Shown here: positions 13,329 to 27,589 of the stretch, one piece after another
How positions within the stretch are numbered: the first letter of the stretch is position 1
Layout: every line of letters starts with the position of its first letter
Translations under genes and position numbers: made by a program
The notes under the pieces: model-generated
The model's input: only the letters and a program-made list of their open reading frames with translations
Database searches by the model: none
What the model was told of the DNA's origin: nothing
Assembly: GCF_009914755.1 (NCBI RefSeq)
Contig: NC_060926.1
Strand: one strand, 5' to 3'
Length of the DNA stretch: 64,000 bases
Source of the DNA: the human T2T-CHM13v2.0 reference genome, Homo sapiens

Positions 13329-14568
13329 CTTTAAGCAAAATTTAACATGAACCTGGCCATCTGAATCTTGATCACAAAGGATGCAACTCACAGTGGGTTG
13401 CAGAGGTTCAGTTTATTCATGGGTTAAATCTTAAACACAAGCCAATCTCAGCTACTTAATAGTATATTATTGATAGCCAATCCAATTACTGTGATTCCTT
13501 GAGCCTAGAACACATATCTAATTTGTTAAATCAGTTTTTGAGGAATAACAAATTCTCTCACTCTGTCAAATATCAGTCAATACCCAAAAGTTTAAAACAA
13601 ATGCCAAACTTACTATATACTTTTATTTCTATTTATCAATGAAAGAAATACTTAAAGATTACTAGAAAAATAGTTGTGGTAATGCCAACCCAATTACATG
13701 GTTCCAATCGGAGTGCAGAAATTCAACATTCATACCTTCAAGAATCCACTTACCTTGAAGGTAAACTATTTGCACACACATATCCATCACTACAGCAATG
13801 AAGGTATCATTAATATCTTGTTAAATTTATAAACTGCTTTCTGGTTTAGGATTGTAAGAATGTATCTAATCTGCCTTGCCTCAATTTGGATGCTATTATA
13901 GGCAGGCTCTTTTAAAAAAAACTAGGACCAGTATGGATTTCTTTTTTCTTTCTTTTATTCTTTACCTTCAATTTCAATCTGAACATAGAGATAGCATTTT
14001 ATTCTTTTTTTTTTTTTTTTGGCTTTGTATGACATGTGAAAAGATTCCAGTAGGAATGCAGAGTCATCAATACTCAATTTGGCTGAAATCCTGACAGTTG
14101 TCAACATAACAGAGACAGCTATATTATAGGTTCCTCTACTTGCAAACATTTTCTCTTGCATTTGCAGTTGTAAAGCAGATTCAAATATTTTCTTTCACTA
14201 CCATCAAAGAGTAGGGCCTTACATAACAACCATCTTTGGGAGGAATTTTTTTTTGTGTGTGAAATGAAACCTTCTTCAGGGTCTACTTTCCCTTTTGAAA
14301 TACTACATTCAATTGTTTCATTGCTGAACCAATTAAATATATACACAAAAAACTTGTTGACAGTAGTAAAAGAAAGATTGGATGAAAAAATTCTAAAAGG
14401 TAGACCGTCCGTGTCTCGAGGAGTTTTTTCCTATTTATGTGAAGAAAGTTCACAAAACAATTGTGTAAATTTCTTAAAGTATGTTGGATATAATTCTGTG
14501 ACTCATGAATTCTATAAAGAAGGTACCTAGTCAAATAAACTTCCAGTTAAAGTTTAACTTTGAAAATA

Positions 14569-14571
<3 letters not shown>

Positions 14572-14617
<46 letters not shown>

Positions 14618-14628
14618 CTATATATATC
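14572..14628. repeat. (TA)n microsatellite, ~22 pure units plus a short interrupted tail
   Basis: Read directly. Confidence 0.98.
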
Positions 14629-15289
14629 TTCAGGGAATTCAAGTGCTCTGCATCATATCTGAAACTGCCTATGGACTTATTTTTTAAATCTCAGGCAAAA
14701 AAAAATGTATAGTCTGCTCACTGTATGCAGAACAATGGATGGAGACACAAAGAGAGGAAAAGATTGCTGTCCTTAAGGATTCTAACAGTGTCATGAGGGA
14801 AACAGAGTATTTGTTCCTTGAAACAGAAGTAACAGTTATTCTGTGTGTCATATTTAGCTAGACTAGGAAAATCCAATATAAGGTTTTGGGCATTGGAAAG
14901 GGAGGGTGAGTGACACAATTCAAAAAGTGCAAAGTTCAAATTTATCAGCCCCATTCTTCTTTTGGTATATATTTTCAAATTCACATAACATAAGGATATG
15001 CTCGATTCTAAGGTCTTAAGTTTTATTGTTTTCTAAGTCCTTTTCCTAATGGAAGAGTTAGAACCATACAAGACTCCTTCTATCTTGAACTACTTAGCTA
15101 TAAGGTTTACAGCTATGCCTTATGTTCTGAAAAAATTTTGTTGTAATTTAATGTTGGTTACGAAGCTATTAAGCAGCATCAAACCAACCTATCTTTTGAT
15201 TAAACACAATGAGGAAAGTGTACCATAACTTACGGCATATTATTGGGAAAATATTTACCTGGTCAGAAAACAGCCAGAAAAACCTTGAT

Positions 15290-15765
15290 TGTGTGATATT
15301 CTATAGGTAAACATCAATATCATAATAAACAAGAAAAACTGGAAAATATTCTGGATTAAAGAAGACTAGAAACCTATGACAATTATAGGCAATGCATTAT
15401 CCTTGGTTGGATCCTGGATTCGGTAAAATAATTACAAATAATACTCTGGGGACAGTTGGAGAAGTTTGAATGGGAATTAGATATTATACAATATTATACC
15501 TATGTAAGGGTTATATAAGAATATGTATTGTTCCTAGAAAGATTTAGGTGTAAACACATCATGTCTGCATGTATTAAAATGGTTTGGCAAAAAACATGTA
15601 TAAACAAACAAATGTATACGTGATGTGAACATGACAAATATGTATTAGAGACAGATGAAGAAAAAATGCAACAAAATGTAATGATTGATAAATCCAGTGT
15701 ATACAGGTGTTTATCATACTATTCTTCTGATTTTTCTGTCAGCTTAAAGTTCACAATGAAAAGCA
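15290..15765 (+). mobile_element. Old L1 (L1ME/L1MC-like) 3' UTR fragment
   Basis: ggattaaagaagactagaaacctatgacaatt...gcaatgcattatccttggttggatcctggatt and acaggtgtttatcatactattcttctgatttttctgt match the old L1M 3' UTR pattern. Confidence 0.65.
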
Positions 15766-15854
15766 GAGGGAGCAAATTCAACTTTTAAAACAAGTAACAA
15801 GTAATCTTTATGAGATAAGCTGGTGACTAAAGATGTCTTAGAATATATTTTAAA

Positions 15855-16580
<726 letters not shown>

Positions 16581-16583
16581 CTA

Positions 16584-17183
16584 TGTTAGTTGGAATTCTA
16601 ATGTCTCCCAATGACCCTCACCCTTGTCTAACCCTCTCTCTTTTGAATGTGGGTAGAAGCTGTGAGTATAATGTGATATCATTCTTAAGATTATATCACA
16701 TTCCGTGACAAAAGGGAGATAGCTAAGTGTTCTAGTCACATGATGTCTTTAAAGACAGAGTGTTTTCCCCATTTGGCCACAGAAGCGGAAGCCAGGGATT
16801 TGAATCATGAAACGTGAGGGGGTTTTGACACACCACTGCTTGGTTTGAAAATGGAGGGGTTGCACGCCAAGACATGTAGATTGCTTTTAATTGTTGAGCG
16901 TGGCTGCAGCTGACAACCAGAAAGAAAATGTGCCCTTGGTCCTAAAACCACAAGAAACTGAATTCAGCCAAGACCCTAAATAAACTTGGAAGCTGATTCT
17001 TCCTCACACCCTCTCGATAAGTCCCCAGCCTGAGGGAGTCCTTGATCTCAGCCTTGTGAGGCCTTATGGATCCTCACTTCTGAACCCTCCTCACTTCCGA
17101 ACCACAAAACTGAGAAATAATAAATGGGTTTCAACATGTTAAATTTGTGGTAATTTATTACACAAAAATAAAAAAACTGATTC
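16584..17183 (+). mobile_element. MLT1E-like solo LTR (MaLR)
   Basis: gaattctaatg..., ttgaatgtgggtagaagctgtgag, acaagaaactgaattcagcca, ccttgatctcagccttgtgag and aaatttgtggtaatttattacac. Confidence 0.7.
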
Positions 17184-17609
17184 AAAAATCCAGAAACTTC
17201 ACTGTTACGTTTAACAATCTGTTTTTAAAGAGTGTGTCTGTGTGTGTGTGTGTGTGTGTGTATGACAGAGAGAGAGGCTAAGATAATGTTATACTTATTT
17301 TTTCCAGATTAATTTGTTTATATACACACAAACTTCATGTGCATATGTATATAAATATTAACCTATATAAATTATACATTTATTACCACAGTAACATATA
17401 TACTCTTATGATCATATCCTTTCTAATTGGAAAATAAACAATTTAAATCTTCTCTCCAATTATTACTACATCTCTCTTTCGTCTTTGGCATATTTATCTT
17501 ATTATTCCCAATATCAACCACAGGCCCTGTCATATAGTAGTCACTCAATTAAAATCTGTTGTGTCTAAAATGAATGGCTGAACATACATACATCTGGATA
17601 GCATATATA

Positions 17610-18115
17610 CATGAGGTTGTATGGCATCATGGAAAGCAGGTTGACTTGAGTGCAATGTGACACAGGCATGAATGACAATCTTGCTCCACTAAGCATCAAG
17701 ATGTTGACCTTGGTAATCCCTTGAACTCCAGGCTGTATAGCATGCTGCAGTGTTCACTGGTAGCTCTATCACTTAATTACTTTAAGTAAATTTCCTTTTG
17801 CTTTATTTCTATCCCCTGTAAAAGGGGACCATGAATACTATCATAAGTAGGGCCACAAATCTCCTATTGCATCTTCATGCAAATTAGAAAATATTGCCTC
17901 CTCTTCAAGATAATTTATTTCCATTTGTGAGAAAATATATACACCCATGCTATGTGCAATATTTATGTCACTCCAGTACCTTGGATAACCTGAGCAACTG
18001 TACCTGACACTCTGCTCAGGGTTTTTGTCAGGATCAAAGGAGATAATCCATGTAACCTTCACAGCACAGTATCTGGCACATATGAATCATTCATTCATGT
18101 CAGTAATCATCATGA
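17610..18115 (+). mobile_element. MIR fragments (split)
   Basis: 5' part gttgtatggcatcatggaaagca...gaccttggtaatcccttgaactc and 3' part gggtttttgtcaggatcaaaggagataatccatgtaa...gcacagtatctggcacata. Confidence 0.5.
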
Positions 18116-18730
18116 ATCTTTATCATAAACATCATCTTCTTTATCATGGAAAGAATAGCATTTAACCAGAATAGATAAAGTGAGAAAAAAACTAGCATAG
18201 GTTAAAGCTATGGCACATGAAAAGGTATGGAATAAATTGTTGCTTTTATGTGCTCAGAAGCACCTTGATGCAGTAGTCCCCCAACAAATAGCTGCTGATT
18301 GATTGAATGGTTTCTAGTTTTTGTAAATAAAAAGCATTTATATATTACGAGAAATGTAGTTCAATGACAAAATATTTTTCACCATTTAAGTGAAAATGAA
18401 TAATGTATCATTTATTTCAAAATTGAATTGCCTAACGTGCACATTTGAAAGCAAAATGTAACAAAATTCTGCAAAAGCCCTTGTGGAGAAAGAAACATTT
18501 CTTTTTACTGTCAAATTACATAGGCTTTATTGCCTAACCCAATGATCGATTCAGAATTGAAAATTACAATAATCTAATACAGATTATAACCTAATATAGT
18601 ATATTAATTATATGCATGTTTGGACGTATGCATCTGTTATACATTTCTACTGTTTTCCTCAGAAAATAATGGTACTTAGGTCAAGTATACAAGTTTGTTT
18701 ATATATGCATGCATGTGTGTGTTTCTATAT

Positions 18731-18883
18731 ATTTTAGAGACAAGATCTTGCTCTATCACCCAGGCTGGAGGGCAGTGGCTCAATCATGGCTCACTGCAGC
18801 CTTGAGTTCTTGGGTTCAAGTAATCCTCTTGCCTTGGCTTCCTTAAACACTGGGATTACAGGGTTGAACCACTGCACCTGGCC
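18731..18883 (-). mobile_element. Alu monomer (FRAM, or arm-collapsed AluJ)
   Basis: ~150-bp single Alu arm: minus strand GGCCAGGTGCAGTGG...CTGTAATCCCAG...GAGGATTACTTGAACCC...GGCTGCAGTGAGCCATGAT...CTTGTCTC. Confidence 0.85.
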
Positions 18884-19344
18884 TGTTTTTTGTGTTGTAA
18901 CGAGATAGCTTTGCAAAGATAGCCGTTATTTGCACTTCCATCTGCATGTGCTAGATCACCAGGAGGACAGGTCTCAGACAAACCTACTTTTGAAAAGTTT
19001 GGAGCAACCCATCATCTATCAATACTTGAAAAAGACATATATTTGCAGTACAGAATTTTTCAGTGGATTTTCAATGAGAAGTGCTTTTTCATTTGCATAG
19101 TAACTCTGTATAATTACATTAGGTGTTCTTAAAGGTTTGTAACTACCTTTACCCCACCAGAAACTGGTGATTTCATTTCACATTTCTTTAACAGGCTTAT
19201 AATGTCTATAACATTAGTACTCTAGAATTTAGTAATATTTAGTATATATCTTCAAGAAAAATTTAAGAAATTTTTAATTGCTGGATTTTTCTTACACTGG
19301 TATTAAAATACATCAACTTTTAATAGATATATAGTAAGATGTGG

Positions 19345-19515
19345 AATTTGTCTGGTAGGGCTGCCATAACAAAATACCATACACTAGATGGCTTAAGCAA
19401 CAGAAATTTATTTTCCTACAGTTCTGGGGGCCATAAGTCCAAGATCAAGAAATCTACAAGGTTGGTTTCCTCTGAGGCCTCTTTTGTTTGCTTGTAAATG
19501 GCCACCTGCTTGCTA
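19345..19515 (-). mobile_element. MLT1A/B 3' fragment
   Basis: agggctgccataacaaaataccatacactagatggcttaagcaacagaaatttatttt...cagttctgg...aagtccaagatcaag. Confidence 0.8.
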
Positions 19516-22174
19516 AATTCATGCTGAATTCTAAGATGAGTATTTTGTGTTAACAATTACTTTTCTGTTGGCAACTCAGTCAGAGGTGTTGGGAAGTGTT
19601 TTTGCTTTCTTCTTTGCTGCTGGGTACCGAGGAAAATGTGTCTCAGTTTGAGGGATTCTCCTCTCTTGTATCTGATCTTTCAGGGTTGACCAGTGAACAG
19701 TATGAGCATACTCTTTCCCTCCCAAGGTATCTTTCTTCAGTACAAAAATAGAAACTATGAGGTTTGGATCCCTCCTACCCAACCCCTTCTTCACCTATCT
19801 TTGCCTGAACTTCTCTCCTTTGAGAGCAATTTCTGCCATCCTGAAAATCAGAAAAGCTAATGTTATGAAGTTTTTAGAAAAACAAACAAACAAACAAACA
19901 AACAAAACCCAAAGTCAGTTATATTGCCTGAACTTCAACAGGGCCAATATAGCAATTAATAAACTGATGAGATGCTTTGTCCTACTGAAAATTCCATAGG
20001 CAGAGAGTAGAGGTATTTCAGGGTAGAATGATGGAAGACATGGGGAGAGGGAGAGAGAAAAAAAGGCATCACCATTAAAAATAAGTTCTTAGAACACGAC
20101 ATCCTTTAGTGCTTCATTTAGCAAAATATGTCATTTTAGAAGCACTTCTGAGTGAAAGTCAAATGTAAATTTTATACACTGACTATAAAGAATAAAGCGT
20201 CCTCCGGGAAGAAATGTGCTCACACATGAAAGGTAAGAAGCCTTCATCCACAACCCCAAATGCTAGATTAGTTGTAGATAAATGATGGATTGAATAGTTT
20301 CTGGGAAGACTCCTTGCTCAGTCTTCAGCTTTGTCCCTGTAGAGTCCTGCAAGATCGTTTGTTTACAGTACATCGTCTTTTAAGCCAAGGAGATTTCACC
20401 AGTTGTTTCCAGAATTCCTGTATTTCATTTCACCCCTGCTATTTTACCTCATTTCAAAGTTTTCATTCCCCATAGTTTATAGCCCCGCCTGAGGGACATG
20501 TGTCCCCTTTTATTCTGTGACCTGTGGTCTTGGATCAGGAGACCGAAAAGCACTGACTTCTTGAGTGAAAAGGTGAGACTTTTGTCATTGCTGAGCTCGT
20601 ATGCCTGTGTGAATTGTACTTCCATCACCTATGCCTGCAATCGACCTTTTTTTTTTTTTAATTGTAGAGGCAGACTCTCAGAGACCCATTAGTGCATTGT
20701 GAGAGCAGAATGAGGAGTAATGTCACCCCCTACTCTGACCCCACTGTACTGGGCAAATGTACCAGTGTTAGGCCCTTTCAATTCACAATTACACTGATCC
20801 CCACCTTCCTATCCCCCCTGCATATCAACTCTTAAGTGGGAGTCTTTTTATTATTAAAGAAGGGTCAATGCTTTTTGGCCTCTCTACTGCTGAAGAGAGG
20901 AGTCTCAGAATAAAATGAAGAACAAAACAAAAAGAATTGAAAGAGACATAAACTGTCCTCATGGGTCTCATATGCTTTCCCTTTAATCTGTAAGATCATT
21001 TCAGCTTTTCTACCTAACGAAAAGCTTAGCTTTGTGACTCTCATATATTAGCTCATTGCAAAGTGACCTCTAAATCACCATTACTTAGAAACACGGACCA
21101 TACTTCTATCTGTTTTATAGTTTCTATAGTCTACTTTCAGTGCCTTATTCTACTATATAATTTTAAAGGGCAGTATCTGTTTGCTAATAACCTCCCACCT
21201 GAATTCTATTTTATTTCTCTGACCTATGTCAAAGATAGAAAGTTCAGAAGGAAATTATAAAAGGATTTCTATCTTATATCCAAGGGGAAAGGTCAGTGTA
21301 TGAATATAAGAAGTTCATTAAAATCCTACTACCTAAATAAAGTTTAAAATTTCACAACAACGGAAACATAATAGAATCATTGGTCAATTCATGCAGATTC
21401 ACATCTCACCTAATGACTTATAGACATTTTCATTTTTCATAGATGCTTCTCTTCCTAGTACCCAAGAGACTTGTTCTTTTTATTGCATTGTTCAATTAGA
21501 AGTGATCACTCCCAAAGCCAGTGTGAAACAATCCTTTTGGGATGGCCTTCCATAATTTTCAAATGACAATGTATTTTTAAATTAGGTAGCCTGAAGGATT
21601 CTTTTAGGAATTGGATCCTGCTTTATCTCAGTATTTCAAAAAAGGAGGGCAAATTCAAAGAAATGTATACTCTGCTTTCCCTAACAAGAGCTAACATAGA
21701 AGGGGAGAGAAGGATTATAAACTCAACTTCTTTATTTTTTAAAAATGAGATATTATCTACATTTCAGGACTTCAGTGTCAATTAATATTTTTGACTATTG
21801 TATTTTTAATACATGTATTTCAAATTTAGTCAATTATTCAACATCAAGGTTTTTGGAAGAGTTCCTAGAAAAAGTCACCTGCCCCCAAATAATTTCTATA
21901 CCAAATGTATCCCAGTGTTTGAATTTAATATATCTGATCATTAAAAATTATTTATAACTTAACTTGAATTAGCATATGTAGATTAAACCTCTTCCCAGCC
22001 ATGTCCTTAGGGAACAGAACTGACTTTCAGTTAGGTTTTGAGAAAGAATGAGAGAGGATCGACCGAGAGGGGGCAGTTGGATTGTGTATCAAAAGAACCT
22101 CAAGGTAAGATGCATCATTGGTGCTCTGGGCATCTGGAAGGCAGATGGGGTATAGAGTGGAGAAGGAATGTTAC

Positions 22175-22350
22175 TATGGAATAGGCACTTATTCTGAGCA
22201 CTTTACTGTGAGGCAGGTACTACCATTTCCATTGTACAGATGGGATAATGAAGGCACAATATGGTTAAATTAGTTGTCCAAGAGCAAAGATATTCGTGGA
22301 AAAACTGAGCCTTGGAGCCAAGCAGTTGCTGTGATCATGCACTGTGCATA
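22175..22350 (-). mobile_element. MIR
   Basis: ccatttccattgtacagatgggataatgaaggcacaatatggttaaattagttgtccaag is the antisense MIR core. Confidence 0.65.
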
Positions 22351-22395
22351 CCATCTCCTATGCAGCAGAAGCCAAGGAGGAGAGTGAAGGGACAC

Positions 22396-22855
22396 TGTGG
22401 TACATACTACCAAGTTCCTTTGCCTGCCCAATATCTCTTCTCCCCTTTTCTTTACTAGCAGAACCCCAAATATTGTTTTGGAAAGCAAAAGGTCTTGTTG
22501 ACAATACTCATTGCCCCATGCCCCATATAACCCATTCTGGTGAAAGAGATCGACTGCATTTGCTTTCTGTGCAATTTATCCTTTTCCTAACAGAGAGGCT
22601 CAACTGGCATTTGCCTTTTCCCTTTACTCTTTTCCTTCTGGTTTTCCAAAATGAGGTTATCTACTAGGAGAGAAGCAGCCATACTGTGGATATGGGACTG
22701 AGTAAGGAAAGATAGAAGAAGCCTGTTGTCATTCTGAATCTGTCATAGCAGTTCTGAATTATCCACTTTTGCAACTTTTTATGAAGAAAGAAAACCCCTA
22801 TTCAGTTAAGTCACTGTTTCTATAACATGCAGTCAAATGCAATCCTAACCAATAA
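22396..22855 (+). mobile_element. MLT1J/K-like solo LTR
   Basis: tgtggtacatact...gcctgcccaatatctcttctccccttttctttactagcagaacccc, ending cagttaagtcactg...acatgcagtcaaatgcaatcctaaccaata. Confidence 0.6.
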
Positions 22856-23065
22856 GGAAGTATGAAAAAATAGAAGGAAACAAAACCCAGCATATGTAGA
22901 CTACACCATATTGCATCAGTCTGGCACCATGACTGGTAGATGCAAACAAAACTCTGTGCTTCGTGCATTCATTGTGTGAGGTTATGCTGTTCCATGGAGC
23001 AGCAGTGCCTGAGCACAGACCTGCCTCAACTGTATAGCAGATATATTTCAGCTACGCTACTACAA

Positions 23066-23289
23066 CAAAGATTTGGCAAATTATATAGCCTGCTGGCCAA
23101 ATCTGACCTGTGGCCTATTACCGTACAGACTGTAAGCTGAGAGATTTTGTTTTCTTCCTCCCTTTTAAAGGTTTTCAAAACAAACTGAAAAACAAATAAA
23201 AACAAAGAATATGCAGCAGAGATCGTATGGGCCTTTAAAGCCTAAATATTTACTATCTGCTTTTTACAGAAAAAGCATGCTGACCCTTG
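23066..23289 (+). mobile_element. MER58-family hAT-Charlie MITE
   Basis: Degenerate TIRs caaagatttggcaaa / gcatgctgacccttg. Internal ggccaaatctgacctg and aaagcctaaatatttactatctg...tttacagaaaaag. Confidence 0.8.
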
Positions 23290-25989
23290 TAGGACAGGAC
23301 AGAGAAGAGTCCAGCTTGCAAATATTGCTTAGGACATTTTTATTCTCCTTTGTTGGTCAATGAGTCATTATGCCCAAAACATGATCTGTGACTGAAGAAC
23401 TCACTCAATGATTCTGTGAAGGGGAATGGGCAGGAAGTAGGGAAGAAGTTTGAATAGCATGGCTAATACCTTCCTTTCTTAAAAAGAAATAATCTAGTTT
23501 TAAGTATAATGATGTCAGATTTCTGGAAAATATCATACATCAGCTGGAGCCAAGTGTTGAAAAGGAAGTATCATTAAGCATTCCACAGAAAATTCTAGAA
23601 GGAATTAAATCTTGAATACCTCAGAATAAAAGTGCCTTTCAAGAAGACGTTCCTGCTACAGGTGGTACCAAGCTTTCATTCTCTAAATAAACACTTTCAC
23701 TATTTATTTTCATTCTCATCACATGCTATGCTAACAACATTGGGTTGAAAGCTATGAGTAGAAAGATGGTGATTTCCCTGATTTTCTATTCTCATTGCCT
23801 CATAGAGCCTAAAACTGGTGTTAGTCTTTATTTAGACACTTGAAAAATTATTTTAAATAATATGCAGAAATAAAGGCTTTCATTTTTATGACTAAAAGTC
23901 CTTACCATATACAATGGTAAGATTATAAATTATTAAAATTTTCCAATTGTGTATTTTAGATAATTCTTCCCAACATGAAATCAGCTTATTTGTAAGTCAA
24001 CCTCACACAACAGTTTTCTATGTGTATTGGTATCACTAAATTTTAACTCCTGCTTCATGAATACTAGAGAATACCCTAGATCCTGGGCACAAACACACAC
24101 AGAAGAGAAGGAAAATATGGACTCGATAAACTTTCAGATTTCTAAGTATCTAAATTTTATTTAGTTTCCAGGATTTCTTATTGTTCTGTACATATGTTTT
24201 CCTTCTAAAGCATTTTATAAGTAAGGCTTTTCTTCTTCCCAAACAATATCCATTTAATTCCTGTTAGAATTTTGTCACTTCAGAGATTTCACAATGTCAC
24301 AATAAATTCTATGCTAGAGTGGTCTTTCTATCATTTTAAAGCTAAGTGGATTTCAGAAAAAAATAACTATTGCATCGGCTGTTTTTATCTAATATTTTGT
24401 AGATACAACATACTTTGTCTTCAAAGCAAAGATGTTAACATACTTTTGTTCATATACTGAGCACAAATTATCCTTCCTAAGAATCAGTCTCCAAGGTTTT
24501 CCGTTGTTAATATTTATCTTTCATATCGAATGTATACATTCATATAAAATTATGCAATTATTTTATGTAGATTAGTGATGACTGCATGTGAATATCATAA
24601 AACAACACATTACAAAGTACTGTGATTACAGAAAATGATAATGGTGAACATCTGGATTGAGAAATTTAAATTTGGCAAAGACTGATATTTTCATAACGCT
24701 TTTTTTTCTATGCATGTCCAAATTTCAATTGGTATTGATGGAAACCATTTATAGGGAACAAGCCAATTAAATATAAATCTAAATATCTTGAACAGATTAA
24801 ATGAATAAAACAGGTACAAAAAATAGTTATTTCTCTGTCTTTGTTATGTGGCTGATTAATAAAGAGCAGTTTCAGTGTTGCCTTTAAGGATATTCAGCAA
24901 TTTTAATGTTAGAGGATAAAATATGAATGGCCAAAGTGAAGAAACATTTTAATTTTGGATCCATCAAATGTTATTGGAGAGGAAAGGACTGTATATTTAA
25001 ACAACTGCCAAGAATATCTTGAGCAGGTATGAATTTTATTTTACAAACTAAGTAAGCAGAATATCAATCTCTATTTTTAATTAACTGACACGCAATTTCC
25101 AATTTGAGGCCTCCATCTGCTAAAAGCCCCTAAACTCTGTGAACTGAAGGACCACCTTTTTACACAAATTCAAGGTGGTATGTACATTATGGGCAGGGTG
25201 GCTATTCAAATATTTAACAGCATTGCAGTGGAGATTTTGACCATTTTGAGTAGATGCCTAATCAATCAGGGTGAATACTGGTCGGTGCATACAGGCCTGG
25301 TACACTGGTGTGGGCCTTCTGGGTATCTGCCATGTTTCTAGAGACATGGAGTGGACATAGGAGGATGGCAGAATATTTGTCATCACCTACTTCGACATGC
25401 ATTGAGAGGTCTCTTTTCTCTCTGGACTTTACCTACTGACTACACAGGTTACTAGTGCCCCATTTAGACACAAAATCTCTCCAGTCTGTTTCTCCACTGA
25501 GCTCCCTCTTGAGCACAAAGGGAACATCCTTGTTCATCATTCTTCACCGGCATGAAGGAGACTCCAACCTAGATGTGCCATGCCACCATTTCTTCTCAAC
25601 TACTATTGCATTGTGCCAGTCACACAGTTCTATGGTGTTTCCCCTCCACCCTGGCTTTCCTGCATATGAATTCTGCAAATCTGTGTCATGTCCTTGTTAT
25701 TTTCTCCATCACAGAATTCACAGGAGGATCAGGGCAGAATGCAAGACCCTATACCAAAATTAAAGAACCTGACTCTTACTCTGATTATGCTATGGAAGTC
25801 TTTCCTTGTAGCTAAAGAGGAGAGAATTTCTAGATACCACTTGAAAAGGAGAGGGCTAAAGCTTAAAAAGAGTTGGGATGTTGAAATACGGTCTCACTAC
25901 TTGTATAATGTAGGGCCAAAGCATTTATTATTGTTGTTTTTCCACATTCCTATATTTCTTCATCCATATGCACAATATTGAGATTTATC

Positions 25990-26415
25990 TTCCCTTTTCA
26001 AACACATTTAAGATATAATTCACATGACATAATTCACCCATTTAAAATGTACATTCCCATGTTTAAAACATATCAACAGAGTTGTACAAGCATCATCATA
26101 ATCTAATTTAAGAATATTTTTATAAACCCCCAAAAGACCGTATATTCAATAACAGTCATTCCTCATTCCCTTGCCTGTGTCCCACCCTACCTAGCCCCTG
26201 GCAACCCCTCTCCCACTTTCTGTCTCTATAGATTTGCCTATTTTGCATCTTGTATAATATGAAGGGAATCGTAAAACATGTGATCTTTTTTGATGAGCTT
26301 CTTCCCCTTAGCGTGTTTTCCAGGTTCATCCATGTTGTAGCATGTAGGAGTACTTCATTCCTTTTCATTACCAAATAATATTCCTCTATATGGGTTTATC
26401 ACAATTTATCCATTA
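25990..26415 (-). mobile_element. L1MB-like 3' UTR fragment
   Basis: gatataattcacatgacataattcacccatttaaaatgtaca...tttctgtctctatagatttgcctatt...aggttcatccatgttgtagcatgt. Confidence 0.85.
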
Positions 26416-27524
26416 GAATTTTTCCTATGAACCTTTTATCTTTAACTTATCTGCTGAGAACCTTGTCTATGCTATAAGGAATCTAGTAAAGAGTTTTGAA
26501 AGGTTTTTGGGAGTTAACTAGTGAAACTGGTGAAAATTAGAAATGCAGCAGTAAATGACTATAAACTCTTCCTGTGGAAAAAGTGATCGGCTCAAAATAA
26601 AGCGAAGCAATTCCTGCAAATATTCAGGTATTCACCTTTTGAGAAACCTTAAAAGGACGTCAAACATAAAGGAAATTAATAAGCATTTGCCTCTAACAGC
26701 AAGGTTTTCTTCAAAACTGTCTGCAAGACTTGTAAATGGAAAGATGAAAATGGAAAATGAAACCAATAATTGTTATTTCTACAATATCAAGTAATGAAGA
26801 CGGATTTTTTTTTCACATTAGCTTCATACAACTATGTGGTTACTCTGGGGATGATATTGACATGTCAGCATACCTGGTTGCCTGAAGAGCACAGGTTGAT
26901 ATGAGAAATTCTAGAAATATCACTATCAATATTCAGGGGACTGTTCATACCCCTTATGGTAAGTGGGTATTAAAAAAAGTGGGCCATATTTAGCTATGGT
27001 CATATTATTATTTATAATTTGTTATAGTGGTATGTGTAATATGGAAAAAGCCTTCGGTGGATTCCAAGTTATAGTAGTACAACTATGATTAGGATTCATG
27101 TATACTAAGGGTTTCTGAATCTGATATTATAAAGACAAAGATCCTAACTCTATGAATGGATAAAGTTTCTATCTATCTTTCAGTCTCAAAGGAAAATATG
27201 TTCAATTATTTGTGTACTGCCCTGAGATATTAATATAAATAACATGGGAACTAAAGCTTGATTTCTTCAATATTCCTTCTGTCTCAAAATGTGTGAGATA
27301 ATTTATTGGGGAAGGTCTTTTCCCTTTTAGTGCTATATTTTAAATTTTCTCAAGTCATTTTTTTCTAGTGTTAACACAATCACATTGAAATAATTAACCT
27401 CACATTTTCTTCCTTTCATAAGTTAATTCACACTCCAAAACTGCATTTTATGCTCTCCTTCACATACTCATATTTAAAAAAAAACACAAACAAAAGGTTT
27501 CAAGTTTCTTAGGCTATTTGGAAA

Positions 27525-27525
27525 A

Positions 27526-27589
<64 letters not shown>

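Noticed and set aside
25185-25390. Possible old hAT-type DNA transposon remnant
   Set aside because: I could not identify convincing TIRs or a family from memory. It needs a Dfam search.
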